This document shows, piece by piece, positions 1-21,805 of a stretch of 63,855 nt of DNA. Origin of the DNA: Salpingoeca rosetta (lineage: Eukaryota; Protista; Choanoflagellata); the NCBI GenBank assembly GCA_033442325.1, contig JAWQFM010000001.1, positions 2,838,882 to 2,902,736 on the forward strand. The letters run 5' to 3'. The translations under genes and the position numbers were made by a program. Positions within the stretch are counted from its first letter, which is position 1, and each line of letters opens with the position of its first letter. The notes below the pieces were generated by a model. It was given only the letters and a program-made list of their open reading frames with translations, made no database searches and was not told the DNA's origin.

Positions 1-67
1 TACATAAACGCAGACACATAAACACAGACACAGACACACACAAATGTAAGTACACACACGTGCGTAC

Positions 68-3049
<2,982 letters not shown>

Positions 3050-3240
3050 GGTGGCAGCTTCGTCTCCTTCTTCTGCACTGTTGCCGAATTCCAACGGAAA
3101 TCTTTTATGGATCGTCCACAACCACAACAAAACGAACGAAACGAGCACCAACCAACTTGTTTGGTGTTGTCCTTCCATCTAACGACAGACACAACAACAA
3201 CAACACAATCACACGCACATCCCGTCACCAACCATCAGCA

Positions 3241-5044
3241 TCAGAAGCCAAACTTCCTGAAGGCGCGGCCAAGCTTGTCGCCCGCACGGTCGAGGCCGCC
3301 GGCGACTGATTGCAGTGCACCGCCAATGCCCCGGTCCTCCTTTGGCGTTTGGAGCCCGTACAGCATGCGCACCTGCTGCTTGAAGCGGTGCTTGTCAAAG
3401 CACCCGCTCAGCCCTTGCAGCAAGCCGGCTGTGTACACGAGTGCCTGCTGTCCAGACCCGCCATCCTGCGTGATCTCCAGTGTTGGCCTGGAGGCATCCT
3501 CAGACGACTACACGTCCCGCGTGTTGTATGTGTGTGTATATGTGTGTACGCGTGCGTGTGTACGTGCGTTGTGTTGTGTTGGAACGGGCGTGAGGGTGGT
3601 GTACGGGTTTGCGCATGTTGGGATGAACGTGCAGCGTGTGCACAACGACAATCAAAAAAAAAAGCCACAACCATGCAGCGACACTATAACCTTACACAGT
3701 ACAGCCAAGCAACGATGAGATGGGGAGGGAAAACAAGCATGTCGCTCCACCACACAAGCATGTCATGCTCAGTCACATCCCCACAGCCAGTGCGCTCACG
3801 TTGATGATGATGCGATGCAGAAACTGCATGGACTTGATGGCTTCCGGGTTCTGAACAGCAACAAAGCACCAGTTCAACAAGGAAAAAGCAAAGGAAGGCA
3901 GAGGCGTACCAGTGTTGGTGAGTCAGCATGTCAGCGAGGCGGCGGGATAGACAAGTGTGTGTGTGTGCGTGTGCGTGCGTGGTGTGTGTGCGTGCGTGGT
4001 GTGTGTGCGTGTGCGTGCGTGGTGTGTGTGTGTGTGGTGTTGACCAGAATCACACACACACACACACGAATAAACGCGCGCGTACACTCTCCACACACAC
4101 TCGCACATGCGCGCGCTTCCACCACAGAGCAATGGTCTCACCGTGCGGAAGACGTCCTTGAAGCCGTTGATCATTGGGCGAAGCACGTTCTTGCTCTTGT
4201 TGCCGCTGAGCACATTGCACCCACGCAGACAAGACCGACGGGTGAGTAAGAGAAGCAAACAGAGACGGTGCAAGCAAACCCAAAGCATGCAGGCACTGTG
4301 GTGTATGTGAAGCGATGTGGGAAGAGCGCGAGTGTTCTTGTTGAACACTCCAAGCGACCCTTTGCTGGCACTGTGTGCGCAGTTCTTCTCACCCAAGTGT
4401 GAGCGCTGCGTCGTGGCGCTGCGAAGCCGAGAGATGGTGTGGGTAGATGGTGTCCCAACCAAACTCTGCACATGTACGTGCGGTTGTGCGTGTGAGTGTG
4501 AGTGTATGTGTGTGTGCGTGTGCGTGTGTGTGTGTGTGCGTGTGTGTACGTGTGAGTGTGTGAGTGTGTGCGTGTGTGAGTGTGTGCGTGTGTGTGCACG
4601 TGTGTGAGTGACCTTCACGTCAGCACATGCAAACATGCGCACGCACGCGCGTGCAGAGCGAAAGGACAACGACCAAGCAAAAGGCAGTCGAGCAAGAACG
4701 CACCGACGGAGACCGGGTGCTGGAGCTGCTGCGAGAGTTCGGTTTGGAGCTCAACGGCCACTTCGTTAATCAGCGTGTGCATGAGACCACGCTCCTCAGC
4801 ACGCGTCGCAGCCTTGGAAAACACAAAACAAAACAGAACATACACACACATCCCAGCATGTGAGTGCAGCAGAGCACCTGGACGTTGCATTGAGCTGTTT
4901 TTGGCATGCGCGCACACACACACATACACATACACACACATCGCAGCCTTGTACCTCGAGCAGGGCTGTGATGTCCTTGGTTGAGATGAGACCTGTCAAC
5001 CCCTTGTTGAAGGCGCCGACATACACGAGCTTAAACGACGACGG

Positions 5045-5123
<79 letters not shown>

Positions 5124-6424
5124 GTGTGTGGTTTGGTGGTGGGTGAAACGTGACAGAATGTGGTCGTGCGTGCATGAAGCAATCAGGTTGAGGTGCCGCG
5201 CATTGTCCGAAAGACGACGACGACCACAACTGTGAGCCATGACGAGGGGTGCGCCCATCACGCACTCACGGGTTTGGGCCGTGCATGGCGGATGGTGGAA
5301 TGTTTGCGTTGTTGCTGTCGGCGATGAACACGGCCTTTGCTGCCAGATCAACGCACGAGCGCACCTCAATCTGAGGACGGCACAACAGCGCACGCACAGC
5401 CATTGGTGTTCGTGGTCACGGTGTGCAGGTGTGCGTGTGTGAGCCAGCATGTGAGTGTGCGTGTGTGTGTGCGTGTGTGTGCGTGTGTGTGCGTGTGTGA
5501 GGGGGGTATGGGCGTCAGCCGACTCGGGCAAGGAAAGATGGGTAATGAATCAAAGGGCGACTCGGGCAAGGAAAGGGGCTGCAGTGGAGCAAGCACGGGC
5601 TGCGTTGGCGTGGCGTACCGCTGAGAGCTTGGCGAGCGTTGGGTTGGACGGATCGGCGTCAATGCACTCGCAGACGGCAGTGACGAGCGGAAGAAGCACA
5701 TTCTACGCACACACACACACACACGAATAACAAAAATACAACACACGAGCACGAGTCATAACAAGGCAGCCAGCCAATGAGCCCGCACGCATATGCAAAC
5801 AAACAAGAGACAAGACCACCGCCATCACCATGTGCTGGGATGAAGGTGTGCTCAGTGCGGAGAAGGGAAGAAGCAGTGGTACATTGACAGCGGCCCACCT
5901 GGCTGCGTACGGGGTCCTTGTTCTGCGGATCTGGCTTCGATCCAACTGTCACATCGGTCACAGACATCAATGTAGTTGCCAGTGCAGTGCAGTAGTTGTG
6001 AGAGCAAAGATCCAAAGGCATTCGCTCAATACAGTGCACGCATTGCAGCCTGGATAACACGCACACGCGCGCACAGATAGACACACACACACACACACAC
6101 ACACTTCCACTTCACACACAACACACAACATACACCAGCTGTCGACGGATTGTGCAAACTTGCGGCCAACGCGCTCAAAGCCGGCATCCTCAGACAGCAG
6201 GCGGGCCTGAGGGCGAGGGGAAGGGTGATCGGAAGGGGGATGTGAGGGGATGTGACAGGTGAATGTGGTGTAGAAAGTGGAATGACAGATTGACGAGTGG
6301 CTAATCCATGGGTGGAGCTTCGCAACTGATGCACACGCCTCGATGTACAGTGACTGTAAAGCCATCACATAAACGTAAACACCAACAAAACACCTACACC
6401 CACACACCCACACACCCACACCCA

Positions 6425-6479
<55 letters not shown>

Positions 6480-8470
6480 CACAACAAACACGCCAAACGA
6501 AACAAACGAACAACAAACACGAACCAAACCCAAACAAGCCACGTCTAAATGCAACCACAACAATGCAGTGCAGACCGTTTCAAGGCGCTCGCGTCCGACA
6601 AGCGGCGAGACGATTGCGTAAGGGTCAAAGACGATGGGGACGTGGCGCTTGAAGCGCGAGTCGAGCTGGTGCTGCAGTGCTGGCACAACCTCGTTGCGCA
6701 GGCGACCAAGCAGGTACCGCTCCTGGTGACGATGATGATGACGATAATGATGCATTGAATTGGGGGGGGGAAGGACAGAGCGTGAAGAAGAGGTGGGCTG
6801 AGTTGGTGAAAGTGCAAAAAAAAAAAAAGACAAACGAACACGTGTGCAGCAGAAGCATGCGCATGCTCAACACACACACACACACGCACACACACACATA
6901 CACACACGCATACACACACACAAAGGTGCACAAATGTACACGCACACAAAGGTACACGCACACACACCATGCACACGCACCTTGGCATAGAAGTTTGCCT
7001 CGAAGAAGTCCTTCCACTCCTTGGTGGTGAAAAAGCCAGCAACGGCTTCAAACGTGCCCATGTACACCAGCCGGTTCTCAAGCAGCGATGTCCCTTTGGT
7101 GGGTGGCTTTGCACACGTGTTCTGCAGCTCCACACCGCCGCCAATGCGTGCTTGGATGTCTGCACGCACAAGCTCGTCCGCACAAGCCTGCGTGTGTGTT
7201 TGAGGGAATGTGTGCGTGTTTTGAGGGTGGGTGTTTGTGAGTGTATGAGTGCTGTACATGTGCTCGGCTTCGCAAGACAAGTGAAGAAGCTACCGCACAG
7301 CGAGCACACATGCCTCAGGAGCAGAAGCGCTGCGTTCACCGCGACAGCGCTGGTACTGCCATATTATTACATCTCACGTCACATCTCATCACATCATGCT
7401 GGACACATTACCTCCTCCAGTGCCTCGACGAACTTGGGCAGCGCTCGTTGGAACACGTTCTCGATCACAAACAGGCGCGTCTGCGCACGCAGATGAAGCG
7501 GTTGAGGTGATGGTGCAATTGATGGTGATGTCGGTTGAAGGGCAGTCGGTTGGTTGTAAAAAAAAGAAGGTGGAAAGGGAACAGCAAGCAACAAGCAGCA
7601 AACAGATGACAGGGGACGCATGCGCGCATTCACGTATTAACCATCTTCTTCGCGCACACACACACACACACACACACACAGATGGGATGTAGGTGTAGCC
7701 ACGCACGCACGCACACACACACACAGGTGGGATGCAGGTGTAGCCACGCACGGCACGAACCTGGGGCGACTGGCAGCAGGCGAGCATGGCGTCGAGGTTG
7801 ACCACGAGAGGGACGTGCTGCCCAAGGGCTTTGTCAGCGCGGGCCTGTAGGGAAGGGCCTTGCTGCCGCAGCGCATGCTCAACGACGCCTGCTTCGCGCG
7901 GCAGGGGCGGGAATTGGCTTGCGCCCGTGTACGTGATGTGCACACCAGCGGGGCCGCTCGGCTGCACTGCTGCGGGGCCATAGGGTCCTGCTGGCGCTAT
8001 CAAGCAAGCACAGAACCGAGGAAGGTGTGCATGAGAGAGCGTGCATAACGGAGAGAGAGTGAGTGTGTGTGTGTGTGTGTGAGTGTGTGAGTGTGTGTGT
8101 GTGAGTGTGTGTGTGTGTGCGTGTGTGAGTGCGTGTGTGAGTGCGTGAGTGCGTGCGTGTGTGAGTGAGTGTGTGTTTGTGTATGTATACATGCTTGCAT
8201 GCGCATGTGTGCGTGTTGTCTTCATGATGAAAGAGGCAGAATTCTTCTGCGGATACAACCGCGTGCATGCACTGAGAAGACTCACGAGCGTATGAAGGCG
8301 GTGGCGCCTGCTGTGGCGGTGCCTGAGGAGGATAAGGCGATGACGGCGTCGTTGTCGCGTGCCCAGCTGAAACAAACCGCGCACGTGAGTGGTGAGCAGT
8401 AAAGGGGAGGGGAGGGAAGAGACGCATAGGCAGATGGACAGAGAGCGAGACACAAACAGACAGACAGACA

Positions 8471-8565
<95 letters not shown>

Positions 8566-8664
8566 ACAGACACACAGACACGCACACACACACACAATCC
8601 CCAGTCCCAACTCACCAGGTGGGGGCGGGCGAGTTGGTGGTTGCTTGGCCTTCTCGGAAGACAT
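3241..8664 (-). CDS. Uncharacterised multi-exon protein: Pro-rich N-terminus (PPSY) plus three tandem ~140-aa repeats
   Basis: About 15 exons, mostly phase-compatible; the exon near 5900-6050 is unresolved. Examples: MSSEKAKQPPTRPPPP / TRLFVIENVFQRALPKFVEALEE / ACADELVRAD...RLVYMGTFEAVAGFFTTKEWKDFFE / ERYLLGRLRNEVVPALQHQLD / KLVYVGAFNKGLTGLISTKDITALLE / EERGLMHTLINEVAVELQTELSQQL / ALVYTAGLLQGLSGCFDK...RKFGF* (stop at 3241). Confidence 0.75.
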
Positions 8665-9036
8665 GGCTGACGGCGCTGATCAGCTGATCAGGGAGGGTGG
8701 GTTGATGAACGGGATGGATGGGCAAGCAAGCAAGCAAGAGAGAGAACAAGGTGGTTGATGTTGATGGTGTGTGCAAGCAATGCAAACAAACAAGAAACTG
8801 ATTGCTCATCCGATTTTGCTTTGCTCGCATCCATTGATGACTCATCATGTTCTGTATTTTGATCGAAACCAATCGCACGTCACGTCGTGCCAAACAAACA
8901 AACACGACATACGCGATGTTGTCACATCATGAAGACAGCTGTCTTGGAGTCGTGCGTGGTCTCGTGGGGCGAACAAACACTTTGGCAGCAAGAAGATGCA
9001 AGCCAGTGCCACACATCGCCCACACAAGCCACTCCC

Positions 9037-10678
9037 CTACCACCACGCCTTGTCTCTGGCCTTTGTCTTCTTCCTTTTGCTCTTCTGTTTGCGCTTTCGG
9101 CCACTGTCGTTCGCTCGGCCGCAGGGCGCCATCAGGGCCAGGACAGCCGTCGACGTGTGCAGGTGGTCCGCCTGCAAAATGGTCTTGTCAACAACCGCGC
9201 TGTGGCTGAAGTGCCGGTGACGGCGCTGGTGTTTGCCTGACTGCTTTGTCTGCACATCAACGACTAGCCCAGCTGGCTGAAGCGCACGCTGACGCCTCTC
9301 GCTGTCATCAGCCAGTAACGTGTGTGGTGCGCGTGGTAGCGGTGTCTCGTGTAGCTCACTGAGCGCGGACAACACTTCGCCAGGTGTCATCTCTTTCACA
9401 CCCATGGAAAGCGCCTCATGATCCAGGACCACTGGCGTCCCTGTGGCCTCTGCGGCCTGCATGGCCTTGGCGCGACCTGTCTCTGACTGCTGTCCCTCAG
9501 GCACTGTCGGGCTTAGCAGCGGCGTGCGCTCGCCGCCGTCTACCTCTGCAAACACGTCCTCCTCCTCCTCCTCCTTGAGCGAGGCCGCGAGGTGCTGCGC
9601 GCGCTGGTGTGCTTGTGTCTCATGGTTGCGCACCGTTGAAGTGGTGCGGTTGCCTTGGGGCTCCCTTGCTCCGTCCACCGTTGGCTCGTCCTTCACATGT
9701 CCTGCTTGCTCGTCCGCGCGCGCCCCCCACAGCGCTTCAGCCATGGCGTGGCGCGGGTCAGACGCAATCGTTGACACGTCCAGTGCCTGCCCATCCAGCT
9801 CTACAGTCACCTTGGCGCGCTTGGTGTTGGGGTGCGGGGGAGACTGCGAATGCGTGCGTGACGGTGCGACGGACCGTCTTGTAGGCACGCCGCGACTGCC
9901 GCTCCTGGCATCCCTTCGCGCTGCAGACGCTGTTGACGTGCCGGTGTTATGATGGGATCGACCCTGGTCACGATCATGATGATGGTGGCGGTGGCGGTGG
10001 CGGTGGCGGTCGTCGCTGTCGTCATTATCATCGCGTTGCTGGCGCACGTAACGAGTGTGGGCATCATGGTGAGCACGCCTGCTTGAACTGCCTCTCGTGC
10101 CGGGCCTGCTGTGCCGATCACTGACACTGCTGCCACCACTGCCGCTGCCCTGTGTGTCATCCACGCTGTGGCGCGAGCGACTGCGCCTTGAACGCGAGGG
10201 TGACGTCGGTGCGATGGGCTTGTGCCCGTGCTCGTTCGCGCCAGTAGATAGCCGATGGCGCACGTTGCCAGGGATACCACTACCGCTACTGTCCACATGC
10301 ATGCCAAGGCGGGTATGGATTGGGCGGGAAGCCGTGCGCTGGCGACGATTGCTCCGCTGCCCGTCCCTCCCAACACCATCATCATCTTCATGGCCGTGGT
10401 CGTCATCATCAGCACCATGAGGGTCGGCACGACGACGACGATCACGGTGTTCATAATGATGGTGGTGGTCGAGGCGTTGGTGAGCACGCCCTGCCCGCGG
10501 CAGAGTGGACGACTGGTAGTCCATCACGTGGTGATCCTGGTTGTTCTCTTCCCCTTCCTCTTCCTTGATGCCGAGTTCAACTCGGGCCGCAATCCTGCTG
10601 CGCACGCGCGTGTGGGAACGCAAGGCTTGGCGCAGGTCGCTGTCGTCAGTGCTGCCATCGTCACTGCCGCACACAGCG

Positions 10679-10729
<51 letters not shown>

Positions 10730-13302
10730 TTAGTAGTAGTAGTAGTAGTAGTAGCAGTAACGCCTCCAGCTTCGGCTTCGTTGCCTGTCCGCTGGCGTAA
10801 CTGCCGGCGTTTGGCAATAAGGTGGCGTAGATCCTCTCGAATCAGGGTTTGGTCCTGCGATGCGCCGTGACCCTCTTCAGACAGACGGTCGTAGAGTGGG
10901 CGACTGGCCCTGTTGTCCACATTGCCGCTGTCCTCAATGCCTCCGACTCGTCCCGCAGCCACCACATGACGCTGTGTCACCACCGGTTTGCCAGCAAGCG
11001 CCTCACGACCGTGGCCATCATCACTGCCATCACCGGCACGGCTGTCCCGCGCCCATACCGGCGGCTGGCTGTCCTCCACTTGAGACCCGTCATCGTCGTC
11101 ACAATGGCCACTGCCCTCATAGCTTTCATCAATACGGTCGCTGCCATCAGCGCCGTCGTCATTGGGATCAGCATAAACTTTGTCATCGTCATTGTTGTGG
11201 TCGTGATGGCCGTGACCATGGGTGCGTCCTGGCTCATCGTCGGTGTCAAAGTGTGTGGGCGCGTCCCCACCGTCCTGCTCGATGTCATCCGACATGCCGA
11301 TGTCAGAGATGTGATGAGCACGTGCTCTCTCGGCACGTTGTTGGCGATGCCGGCGCCCCATGGTACCAGAGTCCTCACCACCGCCGTACTGATGGTCTTC
11401 GCGGCAAGCAACAGCAGGGCGCGATGACAATGTGCCCGATTCTGCTGCTGCTGCTTCACCTTCTTCTACTTCTGTTTCCTTCCGCCTCCTGTGTTTCTCC
11501 CTCGTCTTTCCTTGACGCGGGCGAGGGGCGGCCGTGTGTCCCTGGTCACTGCCGCTGCCAACACGCCCCTGCATCACGCCCGCGCCTGTGGCTTGCGCAT
11601 GTTGCGCTGTCTGTTGGCGCCTGCGCGGCCTTTGACCCGTCCTCAATGACACTGATGACGCTGATGGCGATGGTGGCGAGGACAGCGAGCGTCGGTGACT
11701 GTGGGAGTGAACCTGGCTGTCGGCTGCGTGCGTCGCTGCCGGTTCGTCATCATGGCAGGATGGAGGTGGTGATGCTCGTGTGGGTGATGGCCTCGAGGGT
11801 GCACCCGCAGCGGTGATTGGCGGCGCCGATGCGGGTGAGACCGATTGCTCGCTTATTGTGTCTGCATTGGACGCTCTGGCAGCGTCTGCTCGGTGTTGCT
11901 GCTGTGTGCTGAGGCGGGCAAACACACTGCGCCTTCGCTGCACCTGTGCGGAGCTTGGTGGCCAGTTGGTTTCCGCCTTGTCTGAATACACGAGTGTTGG
12001 GGCTTTGCTGGTGGGCGGCGACGCAGCCTGGACAGGCGGCCCTTTGTCGTCGGCACGAGTGTGCTGATCGCCCCTGCCCTTTCCAATGGCATGTTCGGCG
12101 TCACGCCCCGCGCCCCGCGTCCTTGCAACCTCGCGCAGCGTCGAGCGGCGATGGCGTACTCGCTGCCGGCGGCTGTGTTGGCGCGTCGCTCCGTCACCAT
12201 CATGATCGTCACCGTCACCACCATGATCGTCACTGTCACCAGCGATGCGATGGCTGCGACTGCCACCACCACCAACACCGTCCTTGGAACTTGCAGCCTT
12301 GGCAGCATCCGCAGCAGCATCAGTAGTGAAACGGCGACGCTTGTCTCTGCTGCCGTGGGTGTTGTTGCCTGTGGGGTGTGTTTGCTCCATACGTGCCTTG
12401 ACTCCGTGTGCCCGCTCCTGGTGTGCGTGGTGTGCTTGGTTGGGTGGGTGTGCGCCACCCCTCTTCATAGAGCTGGCAGCGCTGTGGGGATTGCCAAGGC
12501 GGTGCTTCACGCCGGTTGGTGCCTGTCGCAGAGATGGTGCCCTGTCTCTCACCGCAGGGCTGTCTTCACGCAGCTTCTCTTTGCCGGTTGAATACTGCGC
12601 TTGAGCACGAGTGCTTGTGGCGTGGCGTGCTGCTGACGAGCGTCGCTGCTTGCCACCTGCACCCCGTGTGGGCGTTGCGCTGGAGTCCATAGACGCTGAG
12701 GACTGGTGTTGGTGGTGGTAATGTTGATCGCGGTGTTCTTGCTGCTCCCGAGATGCGGCAGCAGTGGCGTCCTTGTCAGTCGCTGAGGCGCGGGCGCGCG
12801 GCGTGGGCACGTGGTGCCGATGCGACGGCGTCGTGTTGCGGTGTGAGCTGCGCCTGCTGGCTGACTGCACGACATGTGCATCGCCCCGTGCACGCGGTGT
12901 CGTGTGTTGTGGGTGTGATGAGGCCTGGTGTGGGTGCTCTGTGTCGTCCTGGTGGTGTCGCTTGTGCGGTGCTTGACGAGAGGGAGACCTGCTGTGAGAG
13001 GAAGGCCGGTGCCGTGCTGTCGTGTCCGATGCGGAACGTCGCTGAGAATGTGCTCTCCTTCGTCGTGACGGCGAACGCGAGCTTGAGCGCGAGTGGCGAG
13101 GTGCTGATAGTGACCCTGCGTGCGCATGGTGAGGCTGCTCGTAGCTGCTGCGGCGTCGCTGATGGTGGTGATGGTCTGCGTGGTAATGGTCTGTGTGGTG
13201 AGGGCGGTCATGACGATCACGGGGGCGGGAGGTGGGGTGGTGTTGGCGCGGTGGTGATAGTGGTGATGATGTTGGTGGTGGTGGTGATGGTGCGTCCGCC
13301 AT
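9037..13302 (-). CDS. Large intronless His/Arg/Ser/Asp-rich low-complexity protein (~1421 aa), possibly a nuclear RNP scaffold
   Basis: Uninterrupted 4.27-kb ORF from the ATG at 13302 (MADAPSPPPP) with no microsatellite introns. RS-rich tracts, repeated hydrophobic-x-x-RL[GS] motifs and a basic C-terminus. Confidence 0.7.
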
Positions 13303-13578
13303 CGTGTGTGTGTGTGATTGTTGTTGTTGTGGCGTGGTGGCGTGGTGTTTGGTTGTTGGTGTGTTCCGCAACAACGGCAGGTTTGCCCTTTGACAAAGTC
13401 AAAAATGACTTGCAGCAGTGGTTGGAAGGACTTGTTGGCTGCAACACAGCGACATGCCGGCAGTGCTTCCTTCCTTCCTTCGTCTGCCTGACTTGACTAA
13501 CTGGCGTCATTTCGCGACACGTTTGAGACTTGACACAGCGCGAACTAAGGAAGAAGTGAAGACGCAAACAAAAGAAAG

Positions 13579-18549
<4,971 letters not shown>

Positions 18550-18591
18550 TGTGTGTGTGTGGGTGTGTATGTGTGGGTATGTGTGTGTGCC

Positions 18592-18625
<34 letters not shown>

Positions 18626-20504
18626 TGTGTTCGTGTGTTTCTTCCCCACTTTTTTCCTTTCCTCCTGTTTTCCTGCTGTCCTGTTTTCCTGCTGTGTTTT
18701 CTTCCTTTGCTTGCTTGTCCGAATTTGTTGTGTTTGGTTGTGTTCGCACCCCATACTCGCATTTTGCATGTGGCGTGCAGGGTTGTGTGCGGCCGTTCGT
18801 TGGCATGAGAACGAGAATTTTTGAATATGTTGATACAATATTCGACATAGGCGGGTCATGGAAGTGAATCCCATGTTTTGCACCACCATTCGCAGACTCG
18901 AATCCATCTAATGTCCCCGCAGTTCACGTTCACGCGTTTCAGCCTAACGGCAACCAACAGCTGCTGCAGTGCTGCATGATGCCATTCGGACCATCCTTCG
19001 CCACCGTTCCGTTGCGTGTCGCACGTTGTTGCGGGTTGGGTGTGCCATCGCGACGGCATTGGTGGATTTCCAACAACGAAGACCCAATTCCTATTCTTGC
19101 CTCACGATTTTCCTTTTCTTGCTCTTGCTTGCCGTTGTTCTGTTGTTGGGGGATTCGTTTTGGTTTGGTTTGTTGTTGGTTGGTTGGTGCCTTTGTTTGT
19201 TTTGTTTTTTGGAGTTGGTGTTGGGTGAAGGCACAACCAATGCTGCATAGGTGAATGTGCACGCTGACGGATCGATGCCAACCCCTTGGCCCGCAACGCA
19301 TTCCTCCGAACCCAAAGGCAGGCAGGTTGCGCTGCCTGTTTAAAAGAGGTCGGCATAGATGGGAGGGGCAGCTGGTTGTTTTGTTTGGTTTTGTGTTGCT
19401 AGCTTGCTTGCTTGGTGTTTGTCGTTTGTGAGAGCCAACAAGCAACAAGCAAGCAAAAGGAAGCAAGGAAGGCGTGGTTGTTTGCTTGTTGTTGTGGTTG
19501 CAGGCCAGACCGTCTGTCTGTTGTGTTGGCTCACATTTACGTGGCTTTTCTTGGTGCTCGGCCCCTTCTGCTGTGCCTGTTGTTGCCCTTCCACCCACCC
19601 CACCCCACCTTTTTGATTTTTGGTCAGCTTCATCACTTGCGACACGCAGTCAGCACGAACCAGCCATTTCTCTTGTTGATCGCAGCAGCCAGCAGCAGCC
19701 CTTATTGACCCAGCACTCCCTCAACTGAACACACGCCCAACCGCCGCACCGACCGCTGTGCCTGCCTCCTTCAACGCAGATGGAGGTTCGTTGCTGCCGT
19801 GCCGTGTGTAGAGATACATGTGGATGTGCTCGTGTGTTGAAACCTCCGCCTTGAACCTGAGCTAGGGAAGGAGGGGGGTGGGGGCTGCGAGGTGCACCCA
19901 CAAACATGCACAACAAAGAACAACCAAAGAATCACCAAGCAAACCAAGCAACCAAACCAAACACGTACCCCACCAAATGTGATGGGTGCGTGTTTTGGTG
20001 GTGCATTGCATGTGTGATCACCATTGGTCGGGGAACCACCCCTCTCCGCATTGTCTGTGTTCTGTGTTGTTCTGTTGTTGGCGCTTGCTTGCACCTGCGT
20101 TGTGCATTCGTCCGTCCGCCCGCACCTCAAACACCATCCAACCATCCAACCAACCACAAAGAACGGCTTGCGTTTGTCCCCTTCTTCCCCTGTCAAGTGA
20201 TTTGTTTGCATTGCATGGCAGCATTAACAACCTCGCTCACCGTGCCTCGCTTGCCTCCTCCTTTCTTGATCGGTTTCCTCCCCCCCCCCTTCCCCCTCTC
20301 CTCTCCCGGCTTGCTGTTGCTGTTCCGCCGCGGCACACACCACCATTCCCGCTCTTTCAAATGGATCCACCACCAACCGCGACCAAACACGGTCAATCTG
20401 GGTGGCTGCCTCCGCTGTTCAATCATCAACCCGCCCCCTCGCCTTCTCCGCCGTGCTGCCGCCCCAAATCAAAGCTGTCGTCATCCGGAACGCCAAACTC
20501 TGCC

Positions 20505-21707
20505 ATGTAAGCATTCACAACTCATGCATGCAATCCTGCGGGCCGTCAGCCTTCCACGAAACGATCCAATCAAATCCACGCACCACAGCACTCAAGAATG
20601 CGTGCCTCCCACGCCACAGCACTCGGAAATCCAACACACACCAGCGTGCTACCAACTGTGCATACACACGCACACGCACACAACACACACACACACACAC
20701 ACAAGAACACGCACGACACTACACACGTCAGCGTCTTTTCAATCCCTTCCTCACACAGAAGAGGACCAAGCTCTTGCTTGTTTGCTTGTTCGTGTGATGT
20801 GACCTGGTTTGCGTGTACCAGCTTTACTCATCACACGGCGCGCTTGGTGCATGCCCTATCATCACCATTACCACCAATCCACATCACACGTCAAAAGGTA
20901 CCGACAAGGGAGGAAAGCACCTGCCAACGAGATTTCCTTCCCCACACCAGCCGCCCAACGCCCTGTGCTGCGCCCGCCATTCCTGAGCCAAACCAGAGCC
21001 CGCGGTGACTCGAACGCCAGCACCAGTAGCTCAAGCACCGCCACAACCACGAACACAAGCTCAAGTAGCGGCTGGACATCTTCCGCCAACTCGTCCGTGT
21101 GCACAAGCACATCAAGCAGCACCACAGCAAGCAACCGCGGAAGCTTCTTGACATACAACGGCTCCAACAACAGCACCAGCAGCCCCCTCACCCACATGAT
21201 GAACACCGCATCCAACCCCACCAAGGAAGGCGACAACGCTGCCATGCTGCACACAGCAGCAAAGGAGGCAAACACGCTCGAACCGTCCCCGTCCATGTCC
21301 CAGGAGCAAGCGCCATCGAAGCACGACAAGGTGCCTGCTCGCAAGGGCTCGAAGGAAAGCCTGTTGCGCCTGCTGGGTGGCGATGAGCCCACACACCAAC
21401 AAAGCCAGCAAGAGCCGCAGGAACAAGACCAAGAGCCAGGCCAGGGCGGCCGTGCAGACAAGGCGCGGGACAGCGAGGAAGCCGATGAAATTGCAGACAC
21501 GCTCTCTCCTCTCACCATTAGCTCACCGTCGCCACAACGAGAGGGCCGTTCCCCCCGCAGGCGCGCTGTGCGTGCACCCAGCGCGTTCTCCAGTGCGCCC
21601 TGGTTTAACCGCCGCGCACCGACGGTACGACACTCGCTGTGTGTGATGGTGTGTGTGATGGTGGTGTGTGTGTGTGTGTATGTGTGTGTGCGTGTGTGCG
21701 TGCGTGC

Positions 21708-21805
<98 letters not shown>

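Noticed and set aside
13303-13578. FMN riboswitch upstream of the rib gene (also looked at 18550-19400)
   Set aside because: No RFN consensus segments recognised; a covariance-model search would be definitive.
18856-19059. Trp-rich 67-aa minus-strand ORF
   Set aside because: No recognisable motif or convincing splice partners.
19318-19345. CAGGCAG-loop-CTGCCTG hairpin followed by TTT
   Set aside because: A 7-bp stem is expected by chance, and intrinsic terminators are not relevant in this eukaryotic context.
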